Below are positions 25,836-37,016 of a stretch of 64,000 nt of DNA, one piece after another. The notes below the pieces were generated by a model, which ran no database searches, was not told the origin of the DNA, and saw only the letters and a program-made list of their open reading frames with translations. The position numbers were made by a program, and so were the translations under genes. Source of the stretch: Blepharisma stoltei ATCC 30299 (Eukaryota; Protista; Ciliophora); assembly GCA_965603825.1 (NCBI GenBank), contig CBFDEM010000012.1:558001-622000 (forward strand), in the 5' to 3' direction. The stretch's first letter is position 1. Each line of letters begins with the position of its first letter.

Positions 25836-26537
25836 ATGGAGTTCAAAAAGCAAAATGCAACAAATAGTCATCCAATGTTTACCCGATTTAAGCAGAATCA
25901 ATTTGAAGAAGAAAATAGCCTAGCTAGTTTGACAAGAACCCCCAATATTCCAGTTTCTATCAATCCAATGTCAGTAGAAACTTCTTACGATCATCTTTAC
26001 CAAAATACAGGGCCAAATGGTGTAAATATCCAAAACTCTCAAGAAGCGCTTCCAAAAATCAAATTCCAAAGGCAAATTTATTCAGCTGCCACTAAAAGAG
26101 CTAATCCTGCATTTCAAAGATGACTTGAACATAAATATGGAAACGATCTTTATTATTCAAGTCCAGCTCCGAATATTCCAGTAAAAAGGAAAAGAACACC
26201 TAACTTTCTTATGAAAAATTTATACGATCTAATGGGACTTAAGCCAAATTGTTCTGAAGCTGATATAAAAAAAGCATATAAAAAGCTTGCAATCAAGCAT
26301 CATCCTGATAAGGGAGGCTGTGCTAAATATTTTCGATGTTTAAAGCAAGCATATGATATTCTTTCTAATGAAGATCTTAAAGAAGTATATGATAATGAAG
26401 GATTAATAGGTGTAAATATGCTTGGACAAATAGAATGTGATGAACTTTTGGAATATTTAAAAAACTCTGATGCTGATCCAATTGCTGATTTACAAATTAA
26501 TGATGCTAATAATGGAAACAAATCTGAATTAAAATAA
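25836..26537 (+). CDS. J-domain (DnaJ) protein with 125-aa N-terminal extension
   Basis: 25836 ORF reads through TGA 26121 into LYDLMGL...IKKAYKKLAIKHHPDKGG...AYDILS. Confidence 0.8.
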
Positions 26538-26670
26538 TATGTTTAATTAAATTTGTGCTATATTGATTTTATTTGAGTTTTAAGCTTCATCTATAATTGT
26601 AAAGATTTCAATTAAATTTTTAATTATATTTAGATTATATATTAAAGCCCGTGTCCTTTAGATATTGCGA

Positions 26671-27186
26671 TTAAAAAATTTTAGGCTGATGAATACTCTC
26701 TTGTGGAAGTTTCTTTTCGGATTTTAAACTGCTCTTCCACAATAAAAATGACTTTTGCACCATAGTATCATACCTATATGATAGCTTTCTTAGAATGCTA
26801 ATATATCTTTTATTCAATCTTCTATTCTTAAGACTATCTCTTTGAGTTTTTGTAAATCGAATTGCGTCAATCATAGCGGTGAGTTGTAGTTTTGCTTGTG
26901 TTGAAGCTCCTGTTAACTGGTCAGATACCGATTTCAATTCTCGGTTTTTAACTTTTAGCTGCTTGTATTTGATTTTATGATCTTTAATTTCATCTTTTAG
27001 TTTTCTGTTGTCATCTGCTAATGAGTTAATTTTTAATATAATAGTTTGAGATATCTTGCTAACTTCGCTAATCTGCTTGCTCTGGAACAGAACTCCAGAT
27101 ATTTCTTTGCAAAGCAGATCTGACTGTGCTCTGATTTGAGTTAAGTCATCGACATTTGGATTCTCTTTACCTTCTGCGCACCCCAT
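26671..27186 (-). CDS. N-acylated (MGC) coiled-coil protein
   Basis: MGCAEGK start, heptad-rich sequence. Confidence 0.65.
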   Translation of the reverse strand: MGCAEGKENPNVDDLTQIRAQSDLLCKEISGVLFQSKQISEVSKISQTIILKINSLADDNRKLKDEIKDHKIKYKQLKVKNRELKSVSDQLTGASTQAKLQLTAMIDAIRFTKTQRDSLKNRRLNKRYISILRKLSYRYDTMVQKSFLLWKSSLKSEKKLPQESIHQPKIF

Positions 27187-27998
27187 TTTAATTTATTTGA
27201 TTTAGCTATTTTGGTGAAAAACGAATAAACACACTTTAGAATTAATGAGTCTTAAATCTTAATTTCATATCTCTTTGTAAATTCAGATTTATTTACTTTT
27301 TACACTATTTTATTTTGGGCAAATAAATAATTAATGCTTTGCTTTGTGGCTACAAATTTTAGATATGAAAAAAATTATCAAAGAGCTCATTAAGTATTTA
27401 AAAGGTATAAGTTTTAAAAAATAGCATGTGATTAAGAAATTTAATAAAATCGCGATGTGGTATATAGTATAATAGCTGCATAAATTTTCGGAGTTCTTGA
27501 TGAATCGAACCGACACTTCAACATGTGGAAAAAATTCTTGGCATATAGAAGATGCCTCCACATCAGAGGACTCTAAAAATAGCCAAATGAGCATAAAATA
27601 TCTTAATACTTTAAAAGTCCAAGGTACAAAAATTTAAAATTAAAATATTTCATAAACATTCGAAGCTTAAAATATCCTATCCAAACATTTCTTTTAAACA
27701 AGTAAGGACTTTAAATAATGCGCTATAATAAGCAAATTGAGCATCTGTTCTAGATCTGAGATGCTAAATTTCAACGTAATAGACTTTACCTATTGCAATA
27801 ACTTTTAATGATTATCTAAATTTTGACATAGCTATTTCAAGTAACCTAAAATTTTATATTTGTGATCTATTTTATGATGTGACATTAAATATTGAAAATT
27901 CATAGATCTACTAATTTAAAGAAAATTCCTAATGATACCCATAAATATTAAAGCGGCAAAAAAATCTTTAATCAATAATTTTTGATAAAAATATAAAT

Positions 27999-28385
27999 TT
28001 ATTCATCTTCTTGTATAAATTCCTGAATATCTCCTTTGGGTTTCTTTTTTTTATCACTTGGTTTTTTTGGAGGCTCAGCTCCCATAAGCATTGGATTTTG
28101 GAGGCATTTTGATCTAATTGCTTCGAACATCTTATCATTTTCAATAACTTGAGCTCTGAATGTCTTTTACAAATGCCATAAAGTAATCTTCGAATCTCCT
28201 TGCTGAACTGCTAGTTTGCTTGACAATGAAGTCAACTGTTGAATAACTTCTTCAGTGATTTTACATATAAGAAAAGGTGTTGTCGCTGATAGTTTTCCTA
28301 TATCTTGATTAGACTGCACGATTTTCTTTATGCGATTCTGCGTAATTTTTACAGGAGGAAAAGTGAGATTGTTTCTATTTTTCAT
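27999..28385 (-). CDS. DRAP1: Histone-fold NC2-alpha (DRAP1/Bur6)-like protein; introns 28338-28352 and 28156-28170
   Basis: Spliced: FPPNRIKKIVQSNQDIGKLSATTPFLI...KITLWHLAQVIENDKMF, matching DRAP1 FPPARIKKIMQ.DEEIGK. Confidence 0.8.
28156..28170 (-). other. 15-nt intron GTAAAAGACATTCAG
   Basis: Restores histone-fold helix 3. Confidence 0.85.
28338..28352 (-). other. 15-nt stop-free intron GTAAAAATTACGCAG
   Basis: Removal converts FPP-VKITQ-NRIKK to FPPNRIKK. Confidence 0.85.
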
Positions 28386-28431
28386 AAGAAATGAATTATG
28401 ATTTACCCTTTTATCTTTGTAATAGGCAAAT

Positions 28432-29781
28432 ATGTCTGGTTCTGATCTGGAGGCTGAAGATGCCACTTACGAATATGACTTCAAGCAGTTTTCAGCTCCA
28501 AAACACATTGAGCTTGAAACCAAATTTGCTTCCAAAGTCAATGAAAACTTCATCGCAACAGAAATTTCAAGCCACCAGGCTGCTTCAATCCGAAACATCC
28601 ACCAAAAAGAAGATGCCAACCGTATGCGCATCAAAGACAAAAGTGACCGAGCAACTGTCGAGCTGGTTCTAGATAACCGAACTCGGCTATTTTTATACAG
28701 CTTTATTAACTCAGGCAAGATTTCAGAAATTTTTGGCTGTGTAAGTGCAGGAAAAGAAGCAAACGTGTATTATGCGACTGACACAAGCATGAATGAATTT
28801 GCAATCAAGATCTACAAGACATCGATTTTGATTTTTAAGGATAGAAACAGATATGTGGAAGGAGAATTCAGGTTTAGAAAAGGATACTCAAAGCATAATC
28901 CAAGGAAAATGGTCAGGATGTGGGCAGAAAAAGAGATGAGAAATTTAAGAAGGCTGAGATTGGCTGGAATACCATGTCCAGAACCAATCGCTGTCAAGCA
29001 AAATGTGCTACTTATGAGCTTTTTGGGGAAAGATGGAGTGCCAGCTCCAAGGCTGAAAGATGTGGTGTTCGAAACAAATACAAATGACTTTTATGTAGAG
29101 ACTGTAAAACTGATGAGGGATATTTATCATAAATGCCATTTGGTGCACTCAGATTTTAGTGAGTATAACTTATTATACTACAATGATCAAATACAAGTTA
29201 TTGATGTTTCACAGTCAGTGGAGCATGATCATCCTCAGGCACTTTATTTTTTGAGAAGGGATTGTGCAAATATCAATGATTTCTTCAAGAAAAATGGCGC
29301 CACATTGCTTACTGTTCAAGGGATGTTCAACTATATAACTGATTTAACTGATATGACTCATGAAGAGAGATGGGAAAAAGCTAAAAATACTGAAGAAATA
29401 TCAGATGAGGTTTTTAAAGAAATTTATATTCCAAGGACACTGCAAGAAATTGATTTTGACCAAAAAAATCCAGAGCTTTTTGAAAAATTAACAGGGGTCA
29501 AGGCAGACTCTGATACTGACGAATCTGATTCTAGTGATGAAGACAGCCAAGAGGAAGGAGAAGAGGAAGAAAATGAAGAGGAGGAAAATGAAGAGGAGCC
29601 TGAAGAGTCAGGACAAAAGAAAAGTACTCCAGGTGACGCAATCTACTCTGGACTTAGCAAAGCTGAGCGCAAACAAAAGGTTAAAGAAGACAAAAGAGAC
29701 CGCAGAAAAACAAAAATTCCTAAAAACGTCAAAAAATCAAAAATTCGAAGCACAGCCAGAAAGCATCGTAATTTGAAGTAA
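28432..29781 (+). CDS. RIOK1: RIO1 kinase
   Basis: DKSDRATVELVLD, GKEANVY, WAEKEMRNL, LVHSDFSEYN, IDVSQSVEHDHP; acidic then basic tail. Confidence 0.95.
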   Translation: MSGSDLEAEDATYEYDFKQFSAPKHIELETKFASKVNENFIATEISSHQAASIRNIHQKEDANRMRIKDKSDRATVELVLDNRTRLFLYSFINSGKISEIFGCVSAGKEANVYYATDTSMNEFAIKIYKTSILIFKDRNRYVEGEFRFRKGYSKHNPRKMVRMWAEKEMRNLRRLRLAGIPCPEPIAVKQNVLLMSFLGKDGVPAPRLKDVVFETNTNDFYVETVKLMRDIYHKCHLVHSDFSEYNLLYYNDQIQVIDVSQSVEHDHPQALYFLRRDCANINDFFKKNGATLLTVQGMFNYITDLTDMTHEERWEKAKNTEEISDEVFKEIYIPRTLQEIDFDQKNPELFEKLTGVKADSDTDESDSSDEDSQEEGEEEENEEEENEEEPEESGQKKSTPGDAIYSGLSKAERKQKVKEDKRDRRKTKIPKNVKKSKIRSTARKHRNLK

Positions 29782-29807
29782 TTTTTCATATTAATCTCAA
29801 ATATAAA

Positions 29808-30146
29808 ATGGAAAGCTCAAGCGACTCTGAAGCAGAACGTGAGGCAGTTAAGCAGGATCTTAAAAATGCTAAAATAAATCACAGTGATCTCACGAAGGAT
29901 ATGGAGGTAAAAGCCATCCGATACGCAGTCGAAGCAATAAGCAAGTCAACTCTTGATAAAGATGCTGGGAGTTACTTAAAGCAAAAACTGGACACTGACC
30001 CAGATTTTCAAGGAGGTGGAGACGGTGCTTGGCAGGTTGTAATAGGCCGATCCTTTGCTGCAAGCTTAACTTATGCGACGCACTACTTGATGTTTTTTGA
30101 ACTCTTGAGTAAGCGCAGAAGTGTCCTTATCTTTAAAACCCAATAA
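29808..30146 (+). CDS. Dynein light chain, LC8-type family
   Basis: GAWQVVIGRSFAASLTY...VLIFKT. Confidence 0.85.
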   Translation: MESSSDSEAEREAVKQDLKNAKINHSDLTKDMEVKAIRYAVEAISKSTLDKDAGSYLKQKLDTDPDFQGGGDGAWQVVIGRSFAASLTYATHYLMFFELLSKRRSVLIFKTQ

Positions 30147-30180
30147 CATAATCTTATTACGCATATATTGTTGGATATAA

Positions 30181-30441
30181 ATGTCGAATTCTTTATATGC
30201 CTACAAGAGACTGCTGAAAAGCACTCCAAAGGTCGAGCACTCTGCTGATTTACAAGGCTCCAGCGTCTTCCAAAGCTACCTTGCCAAAGAAAAATTCTAT
30301 TTTACTGAACTCTTCGTGAATCCTGAGCTCCTAAAAGCTTTAGGACAAGCCAGTGACAGACAAGATAAATATAATCAGCTATATGGACAATATAGAGATA
30401 TTTTAAGACTTTCTCAAGAACTATTTGACCTTAAAGGCTAA
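30181..30441 (+). CDS. Small hypothetical protein (86 aa)
   Basis: ATG-TAA ORF filling the gap between neighbours. Confidence 0.55.
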   Translation: MSNSLYAYKRLLKSTPKVEHSADLQGSSVFQSYLAKEKFYFTELFVNPELLKALGQASDRQDKYNQLYGQYRDILRLSQELFDLKG

Positions 30442-30479
30442 TTTGATGATTAAAAGCTAATTAGGAATTTTTAGTCTAT

Positions 30480-30899
30480 TTAACCCATATGTTTTGTTGT
30501 TACATGAGATTTTATGTCATTTCTTCGGAGCTGCTGCTCGTCTTCACAGGTCTCACATCTGAAAAGTGCTGATGATTTGTCTGTTTTGGGCTGTTGGGAG
30601 ACGAGCCTGAAGAAAAATGTTTTACCTGTAGATTTGTTTTCAATGCTCAGCCGGCTTGGATTGGCTCTGGAATTCTCGTAGAGAGCTAGGTCAGGGTCGA
30701 CTTGTTTACCTTGGGAGGAGTCGTAAGCATTTTTTATTCGGAAGAAAAATTCTGAGGCTTGTTTGGAGTTGAGACCAAGATCGTCGACTATAGAAAAAAG
30801 GTCTTTGGAGATGAAGAAGAGGGAGTCTAAGTCGCAGCCTAGTTCATCGAGCTTTCGTAAACATGCTGTATCTTTGCCGACTATGTAATTAAGATCCAT
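30480..30899 (-). CDS. Hypothetical protein with C-terminal C2H2-like zinc motif
   Basis: CETCEDEQQLRRNDIKSHVTTKH. Confidence 0.6.
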   Translation of the reverse strand: MDLNYIVGKDTACLRKLDELGCDLDSLFFISKDLFSIVDDLGLNSKQASEFFFRIKNAYDSSQGKQVDPDLALYENSRANPSRLSIENKSTGKTFFFRLVSQQPKTDKSSALFRCETCEDEQQLRRNDIKSHVTTKHMG

Positions 30900-30939
30900 T
30901 ATATTTTTATAGGGGGATCATTTACGCTAATCTATTTAC

Positions 30940-33432
30940 TTATAATAACAACTGCCTCTTGCCTCTAGCAAAAAAGTTAGGAACTTGTCTACCAAAAATA
31001 GATGTTAATTGGTTCGGGTAGCGAGATTTAACAACTGATTGCCGCTCAATGTCACTTGAAGATGAGTTTGTAGGGGAGTCTTCTTGGGATTCAGATTGTT
31101 TCATTTCACCTCGTAAAATAAGTCTTTTTGACTTTTTCGATACGCTTACAATACACATAGATTTTTGTTCAAGTTTCTTAAAAAGCGATGAATTTTTAGA
31201 ATCTTCTCTTGACCGAAAAGCTTGGAGACCTCTTGAATATGAAAGTTTTGCGATGTCTCTAATTCGAGACTGGTGCTTTGCTTCTTTATTTATTCGGTGA
31301 ATGTCTTCTAAGCTGTCGTACTGAATAGCACTTTCATTTCTTATGACTGGGGACTGCCTATTTAGCTTTGAAGATGTTTTTGGCGGCCTTGAAAAATACT
31401 TGGAAAGTGCTGATAACGGAGGTTTTTGGGCTTCCTTTTTTCTTCCTCGAGAAGGAGAACCGGCCAATTTTTTGTTGATTAATGGAGACTCAAGTCAGCA
31501 CTCAAATTGTTTAAAAACGTATAAAATATTTTTATTCATTTTTTTTTCAGTTTTGTCTCTTTCAATTTCTGTTTGCTCATCATCACTACTATCAGACGAC
31601 GAAGAGCTATCTTCAACGTTTTCTGGCTCTTCTTTAATTCTGCTAATAAACTCTTTCATGCTTCTTGGCTTATTTTTTGTGACTGGAGAGCTCGCTGAAG
31701 ACTCTACTTCCACCTCCCCCACTTCTTTTCTTTTAAGTCTTTCTTGTTTTCTGACTTCTCTATCTTTAATTTCTTGATCTCTCATATCAATAAACTCAAT
31801 TATTCTTTTTCCTAACTTTTTCCCGACCTTTTGGACAATTTCTTCGTTAAATGTGATTGTTTTTCTTTCTTCATCTATATACCCAAATGCTGAAATTTCC
31901 ATTGTATATGTAAAGGGTAGCCGAAACTCTTTTCATATAACAAGCCTTGCGGCATTTCGCTTATTTCAGTCGTTTTTAAATTTGCAAGAGTAATACCTGA
32001 ATATTTCTGTGGATTCACTCATAAGCTTTGGCAGGACTTTGAGTTTGCAATATTTATCAGAGTGGAGAGGATAGTGAGGAGCATACATAAAAACACCTTT
32101 TTTCTTTGAGTGGGAATGAAAATCAAAATAAAAAATCATTTTTTTGTTTTTCGCTAAAGTCGATACTTGGGATTTTAGATGGAAAATAGTAGGGTGAAGC
32201 TTTTGGTTGGGATTGTTGAATACTCTGTTTAAGTCAGATCCTGCTAATGAGCATCGTGTATTGCCTAAGATTACACCATCTATATTTATCATTGGGAGGA
32301 TTTTAAAAGTAATTCTTTTTCTTAAATCGACAGCTTGCTTATTGTTGCTTGTAATGAATTTTAAAAATCCTTCCATCGCTCATGATCCATGAGTTTCCCC
32401 AGGATGAGCTCTAGCTGTAGCAAAAATAAATTCTTTTTTCTCATCAGACTCAAAATCTGTCACAGTCAAATAAGGCACTTCAACTCCTCCTAAGCTTTTA
32501 CATAAAATTTCTTTCCTAACACATCTAAGTTTTTCCAACTCAGACACAAAATGGCAAAGCCTTGAAAATGAGTATGGGATTGAGTAAGCAAAATACGTGG
32601 CCTCATTTTCTGAAAAATTGTACTCAAAAGATAAAGAATAATAGCATTTTCTTACAAAGAGCTTATTTAATTTGCTTTGTGTGTATTGGATGTTATAGCC
32701 ACCTCTGGTTCATTTTGTTGAATTATTTTTTAAAATGCATGGCTGCATCCCTTGTACATATAAACTGTCTCTTTTAGAAAAATTGACGATATTTAGCTTG
32801 ATCTCTCTTGAGTCAGATCTATTTTTGATTAAAAAATAATATCATTGGTTATGCCCGTACGTATTCGAGTCTGGTCTTATATACAAATCGTATTCATTTT
32901 CTTTGACTTTTATCACTTTATCAAGGTTTCCTCCTTCAAATTTTGAATGAAATTCAAGCTCATTTGGGTCAAGTTCGGATTTCATACCTTCAAATGGCCG
33001 TTTATTTTGTTTGGGTTTTCCTTTATTAATGGCTGCTCATGCTTGCCTAATTGTGGGCTTTATATGGAAATTATAAGAATTTGGGCCAGAGTAAGTATCG
33101 TTGAGCTCTAAGGAATCTTCAGGTCTGAATCCATAAAAAATTGCATCTTTAGTCGGGATTTTATCGAAATTAAAAGAAAGCGGGACTGGACTATTTTGTA
33201 AGAGAGAATTTGGTCGTCACCTGAATAAGATTTACCCAAAAATCATGTCTGGTTCGAGACTGTGGCCAGATTGAGCAAGTGGGAGACATGGGGTTATGCA
33301 TTCTAAAGAGTCGTGATGAGGATGTCTTAGAAATTCTTTGTTTGTGGGTGTTGAATTTGGAATTTCCGATTCAACAATTATGTCATTTTCTGAATCTTGT
33401 TCAAATCCTGAATCTTCGCTTGTTTCATTCAT
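30940..33432 (-). CDS. Cytosolic carboxypeptidase (CCP/AGBL, M14 tubulin deglutamylase family); intron 33221-33235
   Basis: FHSKFEGGNL, ARAHPGETHGSW, PMINIDGVILGNTRCSLAGSDLNR, DFHSHSKK, YTMEISAFGY; fragments joined by TGA. Confidence 0.9.
33221..33235 (-). other. 15-nt intron GTAAATCTTATTCAG
   Basis: Joins the CCP N-terminal exon. Confidence 0.8.
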
Positions 33433-33891
33433 AATTATTATCCGAAACAGCTGTAAAAATTATTTAATCATTTTATTAGAGAAAAGTTGATTAGTTTAAC
33501 TACTATTAAAGAATCGTGAGTATTTTTATATATTTAATTAATTATTTTAAGTGCTATCATTCTTTGACTGAAAATTTAGCGAAATCAAATTATCAGTATT
33601 TTGCGGCCATAATTATGTATAAATAATTCAATATAATTATAGAATTAAATAAATTATGAAAAGCAAAATGACAAAGAACAAAATCCGATTCAATATTTTT
33701 TAAGTAGAGCTGATTAAAATAGTAAAATTTAATTTTGAGCCAGATAGCAGTAAGTCTCTTTTATTATAGATTTTTTAGCTATAAGCAAATAAAAGCCAAT
33801 AATCTTAAAGATATTAATTAAGATTCATTTTAGGTATCTTTAGATTTATAAAGCAAAATATGAATAAATATATATTAATAAATATTCCAAA

Positions 33892-34548
33892 TTAGCTTGC
33901 TCTTACAAAAGCTTGAACTACCATCTCATTTCTGACATAATAACTTGATAACGCTTGATCATCCTTCAGTTCTTTTCCACTAAAAAATAATCTTAGAGTT
34001 TCTGGATCAAGCCCATCTTTTTCTGCATATATTTCTTTAAGGACTCGGGAAAGGTTTTTTGTCTCAATCTGAATTTCTGTGTCATGCTCTTTTCCAGTTC
34101 TTCTAATTTTTAGCGTAATGAGCTCATTTTCTATCAAAGAAGGCTTAGGGACCATCACTTTTTTTTCGTTGGGAAAATAGATGGGATCATTTACAATATA
34201 AGGAGGAATGTCATAGATTGTCCCGTGAGCATCTTCACAATGAGTTATGCTGTCGTTTTTTAGCTTGATCTCATTCATTTCCAATAATAATTTTGCTGTT
34301 GCCGGATCAGATTCGATAGCACTTTTTATTGCAAGTCAGATATGTCTTCGGCCGGTTGATCTGGTTCTCCAAAATTCTATTCTTTTTGCTTCTAGTTGTT
34401 GCCTTGTGATTGTGGCTTTTCATGAAATGGTCTTCAAAACTCCTTCTCCTGTGAATTGATTTGGCAGTTCTTGATATTCTTTTCCTATAGTAAATCTTGG
34501 TCTAATAATATTCTCATCAGAATCACCTTTTGTGCAATTACTTCCCAT
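33892..34548 (-). CDS. Ubiquitin domain-containing protein (UBTD/DC-UbP family)
   Basis: MGSNC start, QLEAKRIEFWRTR...GRRHIWLAIK (TGA=W), YDIPPYIVNDP, C-terminal Ubl LRLFFSGKELKD. Confidence 0.85.
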
Positions 34549-34766
34549 AGAGTATTTTAAGAGCTTATAAAATATGTATAAAGCTGGCGACAAGGCAAAA
34601 GTCTATATATGTTAAGCGTTCTTATATTTTTTGAGCTGTAATTATGACCCTGCAATAGTTTGTAGACTTTAAGCGAGAGACTATTTTAGTCCTGATCCTT
34701 AGACAGCTAATTGCATCTCTTTTTTCCAGATGCGTTCAACCTAGTGGGTAACCATGTGAGGAAGGG

Positions 34767-34931
34767 AATCATACTAATAGCCCAGGAGCAATTATTAATC
34801 GTATTGGGCTGAGTTTTGCCTCGTAACTCCCGAGCTAGTTCGGCAATTTGAGTCGAAGAGCTAATCCAGGGAGATGCCCGGAAAAATCAGCCTAAGACGA
34901 TTAACAATCGCTCCTGGGCTATTCTGTGATT
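34767..34931. ncRNA. Long imperfect inverted repeat / fold-back, candidate structured or small-RNA precursor
   Basis: AATAGCCCAGGAGC (34776-34789) is the exact reverse complement of GCTCCTGGGCTATT (34910-34923); pairing extends inward and outward. Confidence 0.55.
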
Positions 34932-35443
34932 AATTCTGATAGTGAAAGCTGCTGGATTCTTTCTAAAGATCAAGGAAAGATGAGACAATTTCGACCTGTT
35001 CGAGCATGATAGGAGACGTCTTGTTTGGAAATTGAGCCAGTTAACAAAGCCAGTATTTGACTATTGACGTTCGCCGCTTTGACCTAGACTAAGGTGAGTA
35101 TGTCCTACCACCCTACAGAGCATGGAGTCAGTCAGGTTAGGGCTTTAAAGTTGCTATAATTTGAGTCTAATTTAATCTAAAAGATTATAAACAGATATTA
35201 CAATAACTCATATGATGGCAATTATATTTTTAAGCAATTAAGTAATTTTGTAATTTCCAAGCAACCATAGCAGGTCTTTAAGAAAATCCATCTATAAATT
35301 TATTTATAATAAACATTTTCCTAAATCAATACACATTTTCTAATTTTTTGAGAATTTAATTTCATTATTTAAAATATTTAAAGGAACCTGTTGCTAAATA
35401 TTTAAACTGTGGGATTTATAACTTTAAATAAAGCGGCATATAA

Positions 35444-36973
35444 ATGGATGATGATATTTTAAAAGCTTGTGTATATGTTGATGGAAGATATCATATTGCA
35501 TTTCATGATGGCTCAGGGCTTATTCTTCATCAAGGAGGTCAATATTCTACATATTTCTCATCTGAAGGTGAAGTTACTAGACAAATTACCTGATGCGTTC
35601 CTGGAATTTTAAAGCCAAAATTCCTTAAAGCCATTAAACTTTGCAACTCATTTGCATTTAGCCCAACTGCAATACTAAGTGATGATATTTATAAAACAAT
35701 TAAAAAAGACAGCAAAATAAGCATAATCCATTGACTTAATCCAGGATGGATTTCTGTAGTCGCAAAAGGAACTGAGACTGAGTTATTTCATTTTCAAATC
35801 GATCCAGATAGAGAAGATGTATTAATTATTGAAAAAGCTGAGGATGGAAGCTATTTCATGAAAAGTAGTGACAACGAGGCAGAAATGAGTATAAATCCTA
35901 ATGGTTTATTACTTAGATTTACATTTCCTTTATTGCTGCAAAATAAAAAGCCAGAATGGTCTCAAAATAAAAACCAAAGGTTTAAATTGTCCTACGAATA
36001 TGCTATTATCCAACAAATTTTTAGCACAAAAAATTATCCACCTTATCTAAGCGGTCCATTATCAATATTATGAGCAGCTTTTAAATGTGGCGACCAAGAA
36101 GTTATAAGAGAGCCTTCATGGTATCAAACTACAGAACTTTCATGGGATCGCCGAGAATTAGCTACTGCTTTGCCTACTCCTATCCAAGGGGAAATATGGA
36201 ATAATGATACAATTTCTCCTTCAGTGCAATTATTTACATATTATGCAAGCAAAGTTATGACTGTTTGGGAGCCAAAAGCGACTTATTATACAATATCAAA
36301 CAACTCAACAGAAACTTTAATACATGAAGACCAATCCTTTTTAATTTCCAATGGGGAATTTTTCACTTATTTTGCTGACTCAATTAAAAAATTCACCTCA
36401 GAGACTGTGCCTCCTTTAATCCGTAACCGATTTTCTTCATATTCCCCAAATGAAATCGTAAAAATGTGCATGGAAATTCAAAACCTCCCTGTCTATCAAA
36501 AACCTCAAGCTGAAGCTGATAACGGAATTTTTCTTGATGGGATAAAAGTAGAAAATCATATAGAAGGATTAGCTACATTTACAGCCTATAATGATAGGAG
36601 TATTAGGGTTTTGTTTGAAGATAGAACAGTGATTAGAATTCATCCTGATATGAGGGTTACAGCAGTCAACAAGCTAGGAGAAGTATCAAAAATTAGCTTG
36701 GACTCTCCATTTGGATTTGAAGAATACATTCCTGTATGTGTGGAATTTTATACCTGAGCCTTTACAAGCCAAGTAGAAAAATTAAGGATGGAAGAAGAAA
36801 GAGCAGAAAGGGAAGCAATCGTCAATGCAGAACTGCTGAGGACACAAAGGTTTTTGCAGCCAGTCCCAAAAATGTATGAATCCATGAATGAGATTCCTGA
36901 TGATAAAATAAAAGAAGCACTAGAAGCAACTCAGAGACAAATAGCAGAAATCCATGCGCTTTTACATAAATAA
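35444..36973 (+). CDS. C5orf34-like protein (DUF4524/DUF4520-like)
   Basis: One frame from ATG 35444 through several TGA. CVYVDGRYHIAFHDGSGLIL and GLATFTAYNDRSIRVLFEDRT resemble the N- and C-terminal C5orf34 domains (from memory). Confidence 0.65.
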
Positions 36974-37016
36974 TTGAATAAAGTGTATTTAAATATTTGA
37001 AATTAATTTAATTGAA

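Noticed and set aside
35090-35102. Minus-strand ATACTCACCTT resembling the U1 snRNA 5' end
   Set aside because: No U1-70K (GAUCA..GAAG) or U1A (AUUGCAC) loops downstream.
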